Shown here in pieces: positions 1 to 9,343 of a stretch of DNA of 64,000 nt. This DNA comes from Myxococcota bacterium (GTDB lineage Bacteria; Myxococcota_A; UBA796; CAJQPC01). The translations under genes and the position numbers were made by a program. The stretch's first letter is position 1. Each line of letters starts with the position of its first letter. Below the pieces are notes generated by a model, which did not search any database, was not told where the DNA came from, and saw only the letters and a program-made list of their open reading frames with translations. The DNA lies in the NCBI GenBank assembly GCA_036229005.1, contig JAZAMN010000071.1, positions 160,001-224,000 on the forward strand. Reading direction: 5' to 3'.

Positions 1-646
1 GAAAGCCCACCTCTTGGGCGATCTGTTGGAAGCGCTCGCGCGTCAAATAGGCAGTCATGCTGTCGGCGAGGTAACCGTAGGCCTGACTGTCCCCGGAGAT
101 CCACCCGCCCACGGTGGGCAGCACGACCTTGTTCACCACGGAGTGGAAGACCTTCTGGTCGACCCGCACGGGCTGGAAGAACTCCAGCACCACCAGGCGG
201 CCGCCGGGGTGCAGCACCCGGAAGGCCTCGCGCAGCGCCTTCTCGTTGTCGGGTACGTTGCGCAGCCCAAAGGCGGCGATCGCCCCATGGAATCGCGGGC
301 CCTCCCAGGGCATGTCCTGGGCGTCACCGACCACGGCCTCCACCGGGGCGCCTTCGGGCAGGCGCTGCTTGCCGACCTCCAGCATGCCGGGGGAGAAGTC
401 GTAGGCCACGACCTCCGGGCAGCCTGCGTCGAGCAGGGCGATGGACAGGTCCATGGTGCCCGCGCACAGGTCCAGCATGGGGCCCTGGATGCACGCGCCC
501 AGGGCGGCCAGGCCCTTGCGGCGCCACAGCTTGTCGATGCCCATGGTGAGCACCGAGTTGGCCTTCACGTAGGTGGGCGCGATGCGGTCGAACATGTCCC
601 GCACCGCCTCTTCGCGGTTCGGGTCTCCAGCGACGGGGCCGCTCAT
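1..646 (-). CDS. ubiE: UbiE/MenG-family quinone biosynthesis C-methyltransferase (3' end runs off the window)
   Basis: Not in the ORF track; translated by hand: MSGPVAGDPNREEAVRDMFDRIAPTY..NSVLTMGIDKLWRR..MLDLCAGTMD..DFSPGML..GDAQDMP..AFGLRNV..RVLHPGGRLVVLEF. Start overlaps the upstream stop (ATGA). Confidence 0.9.
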   Translation of the reverse strand, partial: MSGPVAGDPNREEAVRDMFDRIAPTYVKANSVLTMGIDKLWRRKGLAALGACIQGPMLDLCAGTMDLSIALLDAGCPEVVAYDFSPGMLEVGKQRLPEGAPVEAVVGDAQDMPWEGPRFHGAIAAFGLRNVPDNEKALREAFRVLHPGGRLVVLEFFQPVRVDQKVFHSVVNKVVLPTVGGWISGDSQAYGYLADSMTAYLTRERFQQIAQEVGF

Positions 647-1692
647 GCTGCGCGCTCCGTCAGGTAGTTGGCCAGGTCGATCAGCGCCTGCTTGTGGGGG
701 CTGTCGGGGAGGATGTCGAGCTGGGCGATGCCCTCCGCCACGCGCTCGCGGGCGGTCTCCAGGGCGCGCTCCAGGGCGCCGGTCGCGCGCACGCGCTCCA
801 GCAGCTCGGGCAGGTCGTCTGGCGTGGGGGGGTGCGCCTCCAGCAGCGGCCGCAGGCCCGGGTCGGCCTCGAAGGCGTAGAGCAGCGGCAGGGTCAGCTT
901 GCGCTCCAGCAGGTCCACGCCGGGCTGCTTGCCCGTGGTCCCCAGCACGCCGCCGTAGTCCAGCACGTCGTCCGTGATCTGGAAGGCCTCGCCCACCGCG
1001 CAGCCAAAGGCCTCCATGCGCTCGGCGAGCTCAGCGTCCTCCAGCACGTGGGCCCCGGCGGCCGCGCACCAGGAGATCAGCGCGGCGGACTTGCCCTGCA
1101 CGATCTGGCGGTAGGTCTCCAGGGGGGTGTCCAGGGCGCCAGCGCGCTCGAGCTGCAGCACCTCCCCCTCGGACATGGCGGTCACGGCCTCGGCCAGACC
1201 GGTCACGCAGCCATGGCCGCCCTCTTCGGCCGCCAGGAGCACCGCGCGCGCCAGACAGAAGTCGCCGGTGAGGATGACCAGAGCGTTGCCCTGCACCGTG
1301 TGGGCCGCCGGCTTGCCGCGCCGGGTGGGCGCGTTGTCCACGACGTCATCGTGCAAGAGCGACGCGAGGTGGATCATCTCCCCCACGCACATCAGCCGGG
1401 ACAGGTCGCCGCCCAGACCGCAGGCGTGAGCGCCCAGAGCGGTCAACAGGGGCCGGATGCGCTTGCCCCCGGAGGCCGCCAGGTAGCGGCTGATCTCCGA
1501 GACCTTGTCCACGCGGCTGCCGAGCAGGTTCTTGAGCTCCTGCTCACTGCGCTGCATCTCCCCGGCGACGAGCTGCCAGGCGTGCGCGGGAGGCTGGACG
1601 CGGGTACGGGGGCTGCCGGCAGCGACCCCCTGGGGTTCGCGGCGGAGGGGGACCACCTTGCCTGTGCTGTCTTGGGCGCTGCTTGCGTCCAT
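643..1692 (-). CDS. Polyprenyl diphosphate synthase (IspB/HepT-like)
   Basis: GGKRIRP, LHDDVVD..RRGKP and FQITDDVLD aspartate-rich motifs; coupled to ubiE. Confidence 0.93.
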   Translation of the reverse strand: MDASSAQDSTGKVVPLRREPQGVAAGSPRTRVQPPAHAWQLVAGEMQRSEQELKNLLGSRVDKVSEISRYLAASGGKRIRPLLTALGAHACGLGGDLSRLMCVGEMIHLASLLHDDVVDNAPTRRGKPAAHTVQGNALVILTGDFCLARAVLLAAEEGGHGCVTGLAEAVTAMSEGEVLQLERAGALDTPLETYRQIVQGKSAALISWCAAAGAHVLEDAELAERMEAFGCAVGEAFQITDDVLDYGGVLGTTGKQPGVDLLERKLTLPLLYAFEADPGLRPLLEAHPPTPDDLPELLERVRATGALERALETARERVAEGIAQLDILPDSPHKQALIDLANYLTERAA

Positions 1693-1741
1693 CCAGGGAC
1701 TCCCGGCTTTGGAACCACTGCATATCCACCGAATTCAAATC

Positions 1742-1759
1742 TTTCAATAGGCGTTGAAA
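1742..1759. promoter_or_regulatory. Palindromic operator TTTCAA-N6-TTGAAA, probably bound by the adjacent GbsR/MarR regulator
   Basis: AT-rich perfect 6-6-6 inverted repeat in the divergent intergenic region. Confidence 0.55.
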
Positions 1760-1801
1760 TCTTTTAGCGGGGTGGCTATCTCTCCAGAGAGGACAGGCTA
1801 A

Positions 1802-2380
1802 ATGGCCCAGAGCGCTCAGCAGCACACCCCCTCCCCCGTGGACCTGGCCATCGATCAGGTGGCCCATGCCATCGGCGAGGTCATGGAGTTCTGGTCCTTC
1901 AAGCCCTCCATGGGCCGGGTCTGGGCCGTGCTCTACCTGAGCCGGGCGCCCCTGAGCGCAGAGGAGATCTGCTGCCGCACCGGCCTGTCCTCCGGCTCGG
2001 TCTCCATGACCCTGAACGAGCTGCGCCTGTGGGGGGTCGTCGGCCGCGTCCAGCCGCCCCCCGGCAGCCCTGGCCGCCGCCGCAAGCTCTACGTAGCCGA
2101 GACCGACGTCTGGGCCATGGTCACCCGCGTCTTCCGCGAGCGGGAGCTCAAGCAGGTGCGCCGCACCGTCCAGGCTCTGGAGTCCGCCCGCGCGCTCCTG
2201 GCCCAGGCCGAAGCCGAGCACACCGACCCCGACGCCCAGGAGCGCCTGGAGTTCGTCACCGCCCGTGTCCAGCGCCTGCTGGAGCTGGGCCGCAGCGGCG
2301 AGCGCATGCTGGCCCGGCTGGCGGACACCGGGGAGCTGAGCCTGGGGGCGCTGCGTGGGTGGATGGGGCGCAAGCGCTGA
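1802..2380 (+). CDS. GbsR/MarR-family transcriptional regulator
   Basis: FWSFKPSMGRVWAVLYLSRAPLSAEEI..GLSSGSVSMTLNELRLWGVV..RRKLYVAETDVW. Confidence 0.85.
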   Translation: MAQSAQQHTPSPVDLAIDQVAHAIGEVMEFWSFKPSMGRVWAVLYLSRAPLSAEEICCRTGLSSGSVSMTLNELRLWGVVGRVQPPPGSPGRRRKLYVAETDVWAMVTRVFRERELKQVRRTVQALESARALLAQAEAEHTDPDAQERLEFVTARVQRLLELGRSGERMLARLADTGELSLGALRGWMGRKR

Positions 2381-2397
2381 GCGCCGGGGTGCTCAGC
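2376..2397. terminator. Hairpin between convergent genes, containing both stop codons
   Basis: GCTGAGCGCC-GG-GGTGCTCAGC; no U-tract. Confidence 0.4.
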
Positions 2398-3142
2398 AGC
2401 CCTGGTGCGCAAAGTAGCCGTTCATCATCCGGATGAGGGCGAGCACCTGGGCCTTGTCCGCGGGGTTGGTCACGGCAGGCTCCAGGCTGTTCAGCGCCTG
2501 ATGCCACGCCGCGAGCTGCGGGTTCAGCGTCCAGGGCTGACCGGTGATGCGGTTGACCTCGCGGGTGTGCTGTCGGTCCAGCTCGAGCAGGTGGAGCGGG
2601 ATGCTGGAGGGGATGGCATCGCAGACCGCGCTGGCGTCTTCGACGGGGCGCCCCCCAAAGAGGACGTCCTCACGGCTCTTGGCCAGCTCCAGACCAAAGA
2701 GCTCCTCCCCCAGCTCCGGGGAGCCCAGCACGACCCCCATCGCCTCCAGGGTCTGCACGTGGGCCTTCAGCCCCGCCTGCAGGTCCTCCCACTCGCCGCG
2801 GCGCTCGCTGGCGATGGACTCCGGGGGGATGGCGGAGACGCTCTGCTCCAGGACCATGGGCACCAACATCGCAGCCCGCGTCATGAAGCTGTTGGCGGCG
2901 AGCAGCTCCAGGGAAGCCCCCGCGCTGCGGCGCTCGTGTTCGGGGAGCCCCTGGATGTGCGCCAGGTGCTCCTGGGCGGCCTGGGTCGCCTGGGCCAGCT
3001 CCTGGGCGGACATGGGGGCGCTGTTGGGGCCCGCCGCGCAGCCCCCTCCCTCCTGGGTGACGCAGCCCTGGGGCTCCGGGGACGCAGAGACCTCGCAGGC
3101 CACCAGGGAGAGCAAGAGGAAGAGGGGGGCACTGAGTGTCAT
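2393..3142 (-). CDS. Hypothetical lipoprotein
   Basis: Hydrophobic N-terminus ending in LVAC lipobox; coding-like codon usage. Confidence 0.7.
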   Translation of the reverse strand: MTLSAPLFLLLSLVACEVSASPEPQGCVTQEGGGCAAGPNSAPMSAQELAQATQAAQEHLAHIQGLPEHERRSAGASLELLAANSFMTRAAMLVPMVLEQSVSAIPPESIASERRGEWEDLQAGLKAHVQTLEAMGVVLGSPELGEELFGLELAKSREDVLFGGRPVEDASAVCDAIPSSIPLHLLELDRQHTREVNRITGQPWTLNPQLAAWHQALNSLEPAVTNPADKAQVLALIRMMNGYFAHQGC

Positions 3143-3189
3143 GGTGAACCATCCTGATTCTGGGCGCCCAGGCGCCTGTTCTCTGCCAG

Positions 3190-4053
3190 CTACTGACAGG
3201 TGAGCGTGTCTTGCGGGGCGGTCCAGGTGGGCCAGGCCCCCAGCGCCGGCAGGCTCAAGCCCGCCAGCAGCAGCGCCAGCAGCCAGATCGGCCAGCGGCG
3301 GCTGCCCCGGCTTCGGGTCCCCAGGACGGCCTGCACCCGCTGCCCCACGGGAGAGCGGGCCACACCCAGGGCGACGCGGGGCTGGCCACCCTGGGCCAGA
3401 CCGACCAACAGCGAGGCGTAGTCACTGGGCCGCACCCCCTGGGCCAGGACGGCGTCGTCTGCGGCGTGCTCGGCCTCCTGGGCCAGTCGGCGGCGCGCGA
3501 GCCAGACCGCCGGGTGGAACCAGAACAGGACACAGACGCACCAGGCCGCGATGTGTACCGGCCAGTCCCGGCGGGCGATGTGTGCCCGCTCGTGGGCCAG
3601 CGCCGCATCCCGTATCGGCCCAGCCCAGTCCCTGGCCGCCGCAGGCAGCAGCACGACCGGCCGGAGCAGCCCCCAGGTCACCGGCCCCGCCAAGCGCGGG
3701 TGGTAGAGCACGCCGCCTGGACCCGGCGTGGCCTCCCTGCGCAGCCAGGCCAGGCGGAGGAGCCCCAACAACAGCGGCACCGCAGCGAGCGCCGCGCCCA
3801 CAGCCCAGAGCTGGAAGACCCAAGGGGCATCCACCGCGATCAGGGCGCCGCGCCGGTGGGCCATCCAGGGCAGCACCGGGAGGCAGCCCAGGCTCGCGGC
3901 CCAGACGGCGTGCCGGACCGAGGCGCTCGCCCAGGCACCCGACCGGCCCAGGAGCAGACTGAGCGCGCTGGCCGCCCCCATCATGAGCGTGGCCTTCAAG
4001 CCGGCGTCCAGGATCACGCCGCTGAGAACAGCGAGCTCGCCCGGGGCGCTCAT
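3190..4053 (-). CDS. M56 (BlaR1/MecR1-like) membrane metallopeptidase with no C-terminal sensor domain
   Basis: GPVTWGLLRPVVLLP, HERAH, WFHP, EHAADD; overlaps blaI stop. Confidence 0.9.
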   Translation of the reverse strand: MSAPGELAVLSGVILDAGLKATLMMGAASALSLLLGRSGAWASASVRHAVWAASLGCLPVLPWMAHRRGALIAVDAPWVFQLWAVGAALAAVPLLLGLLRLAWLRREATPGPGGVLYHPRLAGPVTWGLLRPVVLLPAAARDWAGPIRDAALAHERAHIARRDWPVHIAAWCVCVLFWFHPAVWLARRRLAQEAEHAADDAVLAQGVRPSDYASLLVGLAQGGQPRVALGVARSPVGQRVQAVLGTRSRGSRRWPIWLLALLLAGLSLPALGAWPTWTAPQDTLTCQ

Positions 4054-4424
4054 CGCCCCTCCTCACGGGCCTTGGCGATGGCCTGCTCCAGCGCGGCGAG
4101 CTCCTGCGGATCCAGGGTCTCCTCCCCCACCAGCGCCAGCGCGGCCTTCACCCGGGAGCCCCCAAAGAAGTTCCGCACCACCCGCTCCAGCGCGGACACG
4201 CTGGCCTGCTCGGCCGGCACCGTGGGGGAGTAGAGGTAGCGCCGGCCATCCCGGACCGTGGACAGGTGGCCCTTCTCCACCAAGGTGCCCATCAGCGCCC
4301 GCACCGTGGAGTAGCTGGGCGCATCCGGCATGGCCTGGTGGATCTCGCCCACCGAGGCCCCCCGGCCCAGGCGGTAGACAAGGTCCATGATCTGGCGCTC
4401 GCGGCGAGAGAGGGGATCTGACAT
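4050..4424 (-). CDS. blaI: BlaI/MecI/CopY-family repressor
   Basis: LSRRERQIMDLVY..PSYSTVRALMGTLVEKG..RRYLYSP..FFGGS. Confidence 0.9.
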   Translation of the reverse strand: MSDPLSRRERQIMDLVYRLGRGASVGEIHQAMPDAPSYSTVRALMGTLVEKGHLSTVRDGRRYLYSPTVPAEQASVSALERVVRNFFGGSRVKAALALVGEETLDPQELAALEQAIAKAREEGR

Positions 4425-4456
4425 GCGGGTTTTTTAGCATATGCTACAAAACCCGC
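4425..4456. promoter_or_regulatory. 32-bp palindromic operator abutting the blaI start codon
   Basis: GCGGGTTTTTTAGCAT|ATGCTACAAAACCCGC, 15 of 16 positions pair. Confidence 0.7.
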
Positions 4457-4518
4457 ACAACAAGGATCGCCCAAAAGATCACGGGGGACGCTCACCCTCA
4501 GCGAGCGCCCCCCGTCCC

Positions 4519-5769
4519 TCAGCGCACCGACACCGAGTCCACCAGCACCATGCTCTCGCGCTCGTAGAAGTTCAGCCCGTCCCCGCAGCGCAGCACCACC
4601 CGGTCGGAGATGGGCTGCCAGGCGATGCCGCCCTGGAAGCCGCAGCCCGGCGAGAAGCTGTTCACGTCGCCGGTCTCGAAGTCCAGGGTGCCGACGCGGC
4701 CCTCGCCCTCCGACCACCACAGGGCCTCGCCCACCAGCACGGGGTGCCAGTCGATGTCGCCGCGCTCGATGCTGGAGGCCAGCAGGGGGTCGTCCAGATC
4801 CACGACCACGATCTCGTCCACCGTCACAGAACTGTCCATGACCAAGAAGTGAGCGTCGGGGGTGACCCAAGCGCCAAAGCCGTCCTCCAGCGGGACCACC
4901 GACAGCTCCCAGGTCTCCGTGTCCGCGACCACCACGCTGGTGTCCGTCGTGCCGTAGAAGGCGCTGCCGTCTTGGTTGTAGCGTCCATTCTGGGGCACAC
5001 CCTGCACGCGCTCGATCGCCCCGGTCTCCAGGTCCACGGCAAAGAAGCCCTCCCGCTCCCGCGCTCCGCTCTTGGGGAAGGCCAGCGCCTGCTTCAAGTC
5101 CGGGCGCAGCGTCCAAGAGGCGGCCTCGCCCTGGAATGCAGGCAGGTTGACCTCGCGTACGACAGACAGCGTCGCGGGGTCCCAGAGCTGCATGGCCCCG
5201 GTGGTGGGGTCCTGAGCCTGCAAGAGCCCATCCGCCGTCCAATCCAGAGCCTGGAAGGAGAGGGGCACCTGCTGCTCGAAGTCGGCCGAGATCACCGCCT
5301 GGCTGCCGTCCTCCAGCACATGGAGCAGGAACTCCCCCGTCGGCGAGGCCACCAGGCTGCCGCCCTCCAGGGTGCGGGTCACCTGGCGCGCGCTCCGAGG
5401 CACCAGCCCGTGCAGGGTCGGGTCGCCCTCCGCGCCCCACCAGTACTCCGCGAGCACCGCGCCGCCGTCGACGAACTCCGCATGCATCCCGACCCAGTTC
5501 AGGACCTCCGGGTCCAGCTCCATGATGCGGCGGGAGCTGTGCGACTGCCCGTGCACCCGGTACAGCGCCGGGCTGAAGCTGTCGTCCGCGGGCTCGCCGG
5601 TGTCTTCCCACCCCGAGTCCTGGGGCTCCAGCCCCATGTCCACGAGCCAGAGATCCTCGGTCACCGGGTCGACCCCGATCTCCACAAAGAGAAAGGCCGA
5701 GTCCCCCGCGCCGTAGCCGTCACCAGAGAAGCCCCCCACGAGGCAACCCGCCAAGAGAAGCAGAGTCAT
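4519..5769 (-). CDS. Hypothetical lipoprotein, probable beta-propeller
   Basis: Start MTLLLLAGC; beta-rich repeats with xDxxTG turns. Confidence 0.65.
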   Translation of the reverse strand: MTLLLLAGCLVGGFSGDGYGAGDSAFLFVEIGVDPVTEDLWLVDMGLEPQDSGWEDTGEPADDSFSPALYRVHGQSHSSRRIMELDPEVLNWVGMHAEFVDGGAVLAEYWWGAEGDPTLHGLVPRSARQVTRTLEGGSLVASPTGEFLLHVLEDGSQAVISADFEQQVPLSFQALDWTADGLLQAQDPTTGAMQLWDPATLSVVREVNLPAFQGEAASWTLRPDLKQALAFPKSGAREREGFFAVDLETGAIERVQGVPQNGRYNQDGSAFYGTTDTSVVVADTETWELSVVPLEDGFGAWVTPDAHFLVMDSSVTVDEIVVVDLDDPLLASSIERGDIDWHPVLVGEALWWSEGEGRVGTLDFETGDVNSFSPGCGFQGGIAWQPISDRVVLRCGDGLNFYERESMVLVDSVSVR

Positions 5770-5877
5770 CACACACCCCCAAAACGCCTGACCTGGGCTC
5801 AACATACCCCCGCGGTCCGGGCCCCGCTATGTAGGATGGCAGTCAGCCCCACAGCGGGTTCACAGCAGAGGCACGAC

Positions 5878-6786
5878 ATGTTTGTCAGCGTTCACGATGA
5901 GACCGGCACCCTGGGCGTGTTCAAGCTCGCCGCTCCGCTTCGGGTGGGCCGGGACGCCACCAACGACATCGTCCTGCCCCTTGAACAGGTCAGCCGCCGA
6001 CACGCCCTGGTCTGGGTGGCCGACGGCAAACTCTGGTTCCAGGACCTGGGCAGCAGCAACGGCAGCTTCCTGGAGGGCAAGCGCATGGCCAGCGAGCCGG
6101 TGCAGCTCGCCCACGATCAGGTCATCGGCCTGGGCGGCGTTGCGGAGCTGCGCTTTCGGGGCAAGCCCGACGAGGGCACCGATCTGCTGCTCCAGGTGGG
6201 CCGCCTGCGCTTCCCCCTGCTCCCCGGCGAGACCCGCCTGGGGCCCAACTCCGACCGCCAGATCCCCGGCCTGGAGCAGGAGGCCCTGGTCATCCACGAA
6301 GAGGAGGTCTGGCTGGAGATGGGCGAGCAGCGCGTGCGCCTGACCCCGGGCATCCCCACCGAGCTGGGCGGCCAGAGCTGGCGGGTGCTCCCTGTGGGCA
6401 CCGCCCGCGAGACGGTCACCATGGAGGACGTCTGGCCCTACGAGCTCCAGGTGTGGACCGACGCCCCCGCGGGCATCGAGGTCCAGATCCGCGACCTGCG
6501 CTCCGACAAGGTCTGGCGCTCCGCCAACAACCCCGCCGTGCTGGTCTACCTGCTGGCCACCGGCTGGTCCGAGGGCAGCTCCGGCCCCACCAAGGGCTGG
6601 CTGGACGACCAGGAGCTGCTGATCGGGGTCTGGGGCCGCAAGGGGCTCAACCGCGACCTCAACGTGCTCCACGCCCTGCTGCACCGCGTGCGCCGCGGGC
6701 TGCGCAAGGAAGGCCTGGACCCCGACTGCCTGCAGAAGCGTCGGGGCCTGACCCGGATGGCCGTCCAGTCGGTCGTGGTGCGCTGA
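5878..6786 (+). CDS. FHA-domain protein with C-terminal winged-helix-like region
   Basis: VGRDATNDIVL..VSRRHA..DLGSSNGS; C-terminal 'VWGR..LHALLHRVRRGL' resembles OmpR-type HTH. Start reassigned from the 4441 ORF. Confidence 0.85.
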   Translation: MFVSVHDETGTLGVFKLAAPLRVGRDATNDIVLPLEQVSRRHALVWVADGKLWFQDLGSSNGSFLEGKRMASEPVQLAHDQVIGLGGVAELRFRGKPDEGTDLLLQVGRLRFPLLPGETRLGPNSDRQIPGLEQEALVIHEEEVWLEMGEQRVRLTPGIPTELGGQSWRVLPVGTARETVTMEDVWPYELQVWTDAPAGIEVQIRDLRSDKVWRSANNPAVLVYLLATGWSEGSSGPTKGWLDDQELLIGVWGRKGLNRDLNVLHALLHRVRRGLRKEGLDPDCLQKRRGLTRMAVQSVVVR

Positions 6787-6818
6787 GCCCCCCACACTGA
6801 ACAGCACAGAGCAAAGGG

Positions 6819-6852
6819 GAGCCCCCCCAGCGCGCAGGCGCCAGAGGGGCTC
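6819..6852. terminator. Possible bidirectional hairpin terminator
   Basis: GAGCCCC...GGGGCTC between convergent genes. Confidence 0.3.
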
Positions 6853-6858
6853 TCAGGG

Positions 6859-8355
6859 TCAGTAGCTGTAGACGAAGCTGCCGGCCGACTGCACGAACAG
6901 GGTGGTGAAGAACTCGCCGCCGTCGTCCAGGCTCAGCGCGCTCTCCAGCTCGGCCATCAGGTCGAAGCTGGCGTCCGCGCTGCGGTCCTCGAACTGCAGC
7001 CAGGCCTCGACGGTCAGCGCCGCCATGGCCTCGGCCTCGCCGTCACTGGCGAAGGACTCCGCGGCGGCCTCCACCGAGGCCTCCAGCTCGGCGCTCGCGT
7101 CGTAGACCCGCTCAGAGGCGTCCTCATAGGCCAGCTCCGCCACCAGGCTCAGGTCCAGGAGCACCTCGAGGGCGTCCTCTCCATCACCCGTGGCCATCAG
7201 GGCGAGCTGCAGCTCGGCCCAGGCCTCGGCCATCGCGTCCAGGTCACCGGACTCGGCGGCCTCCTCACTGCGCTCCAGCAGCAGCTCCAGCGCAGCGTCC
7301 AGCTCCGCGGCGGCCTGAGCGTCGGACCAGGACTCGGAGTCCAGCTCGCTGGCAATGGCGTCCACCGTCAGCGCAGCCTGGGTCTCACCGTGCAGCAGCA
7401 CCGTCTCCGCGAACATCGCGCTGTCCTCGGACCCCATGGCCTCCAGGCTGGAGATCAGGGCCAGGCCAGCCACCGCGCTCAGCTCGGACGCGGTCTCGGC
7501 GCGCGCCTCATCGGAGCCCTCCAGGGTGCTCTCCAGCGCCGCCTGGATCTCCGCCATGAAGGCAGCCTCCGCCTCGGCGCGGGCCTCCTCGGCCTCCTCG
7601 CGGGTGGACTCGCCAGCCGCCTCCGCCTCGGCGATGGCGCTCAGGGTGGCCTCCAGCGTCAGGCTGGCCTGGGCCTCGGCCTCGGCGCGGGCCTCCTCGC
7701 TGGTCTCCGCGGCGGCCTCACCCGTGCGCTCCGCCAGCAGCATCGCCTCGGCGCGCAGCGCGGCCTCCAGGGCAGCGGCGAAGTCCGCGGCCTGCTCCTC
7801 GCTGTCCTCAGCACCCTGGATGGCGGCGCCGATGAAGGCGTTCACCTCGGCGCGGACGCGGCCATAGGAGACCTCGTCGGCGTCACCGAAGCTCTGCACC
7901 AGGGCCAGGTAGATCTCAGCCTCGGTGGTGGTCTCAGAGTCGATCGGCGCCACCGAGCCGCGCTCCCCCTCGCTCTCGGGGACGGACTGCACAAAGATCT
8001 GCCCGATGACCTCGCCCTCGGCGTTCAGGGCCTGCACGAAGGCCAGGTCGCTGGACTCGGACTCGCCGGACGCGGTGATCTCCACAGAGAAGGAGCCGTC
8101 GGCCTCGACCTCGGAGCGGCTGTCCTCGACGGTCTCGCCGGAGTCGCCCATCAGCACGGAGCGCACCTCGACGGCGGCCTCGCTCTCCACCTGGCCCTCG
8201 ATCACCGCCTTCTTGGCGCTGGGCGTGGGGGTGTCGGGGCGGTCCTCGCTCTGGTCGACGTTCTGCGTGTCGCCAGCGTCCATCTCGGGTCCGCAAGCCA
8301 GCAGGGCGGTGAGGACGGGGACGAGGCCAAATGCGCGGAGGGTGTGGGTGCTCAT
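6859..8355 (-). CDS. Highly acidic Ala/Glu-rich lipoprotein (N-terminal beta domain plus long helical region)
   Basis: LLAC lipobox; AAGGA RBS; strong codon bias. Confidence 0.75.
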   Translation of the reverse strand: MSTHTLRAFGLVPVLTALLACGPEMDAGDTQNVDQSEDRPDTPTPSAKKAVIEGQVESEAAVEVRSVLMGDSGETVEDSRSEVEADGSFSVEITASGESESSDLAFVQALNAEGEVIGQIFVQSVPESEGERGSVAPIDSETTTEAEIYLALVQSFGDADEVSYGRVRAEVNAFIGAAIQGAEDSEEQAADFAAALEAALRAEAMLLAERTGEAAAETSEEARAEAEAQASLTLEATLSAIAEAEAAGESTREEAEEARAEAEAAFMAEIQAALESTLEGSDEARAETASELSAVAGLALISSLEAMGSEDSAMFAETVLLHGETQAALTVDAIASELDSESWSDAQAAAELDAALELLLERSEEAAESGDLDAMAEAWAELQLALMATGDGEDALEVLLDLSLVAELAYEDASERVYDASAELEASVEAAAESFASDGEAEAMAALTVEAWLQFEDRSADASFDLMAELESALSLDDGGEFFTTLFVQSAGSFVYSY

Positions 8356-8516
8356 AAGCGTTTCCTTGGAATGAATCTGTGTTTTGTGTTTGAGTGGGCG
8401 AATCGAAAACTACATACGCAACCTCCACAAACAACATCACCCGCCGCGCCCCGGTCTGTGTGAGAGCAAGCTGACACCAGGCTCACCCTTGCCTGACAAG
8501 TTCCCGCAACCCACTG

Positions 8517-9299
8517 TCAAAACAAAGGAATCTGAGCGCTCTCCCGCAGCCCCTGGGGCTCAGGATGCCGGCTCTGAGGGGGAGAGGGCAGCTCTGTGTA
8601 CGCCCACTGCACACACCGCCCAAGGCTCCAACGCACCACAGACTTGGGCTCAGATCCCTCCGCATGCGAGGTCCGTACGGTGGCCCCCGGGTGCACCACC
8701 TGCGCGCCCCCGACCCGCACGACCTGGCGCGGGTGGATGTGCCCGCAGAGCACCCAGCGCGCCCCCGGCGGCAGGTGCTGTTCCCCCACCGTGTCCCGCT
8801 GACGCCCCACCCTGAAGGTGAAGCCTGGCACCCGCGCCCCATCCACCGCCTGGTGGCAGAGCAGTAGGTCCGCGCCCCCACCCCAGGCCTTGCGCGCCGC
8901 CCGCCCCCAGGCCGCCGCATCCCGCACGTAGTTCACGCAGGCCAGGCGCAGGCCCGCCACGTCCAGGGAGGCGGCGCCGCGAATCACATGCAGCCCCGGA
9001 ACCCCCATGGGCAGGCTGCGGTGCAGGCGGTCGCGGTCGTGGTTGCCGCCCAGGATCACCACCGGGACCCGCCGGGCCAGCTCCCGCAGCAGCGCCGCCG
9101 CCTGGGCCATGGCGCGCGGAGGGGGCCGGGAGCGGTCGAACACATCGCCGGTGTGCAGCACCAGCCCGACCTCGCCGGCGAATGCGGGTTTCAGGGCCTG
9201 TCTGAAGGCCCACAAGTGCTGGTCGGTGAGGGACGCACCCTGGGCATCGGCGCGGCCCCTCCTCCCCAGGTGCGTGTCTGAGAGGTGCAGGATCTCCAT
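8517..9299 (-). CDS. Metallophosphoesterase, SbcD/Mre11-like nuclease
   Basis: SDTH, GDVFD, GNHD, CH and GHIH motifs; C-terminal QIPLF. Confidence 0.85.
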   Translation of the reverse strand: MEILHLSDTHLGRRGRADAQGASLTDQHLWAFRQALKPAFAGEVGLVLHTGDVFDRSRPPPRAMAQAAALLRELARRVPVVILGGNHDRDRLHRSLPMGVPGLHVIRGAASLDVAGLRLACVNYVRDAAAWGRAARKAWGGGADLLLCHQAVDGARVPGFTFRVGRQRDTVGEQHLPPGARWVLCGHIHPRQVVRVGGAQVVHPGATVRTSHAEGSEPKSVVRWSLGRCVQWAYTELPSPPQSRHPEPQGLRESAQIPLF

Positions 9300-9343
9300 G
9301 CACCCAAGCTATGGCCCCAAGGGGCCAAAAACTGTCCGCCCGA

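Noticed and set aside
4441..5877. N-terminal 479 aa of the 781-aa FHA ORF
   Set aside because: Antisense to the 4519-5769 lipoprotein; the FHA protein plausibly starts at ATG 5878.
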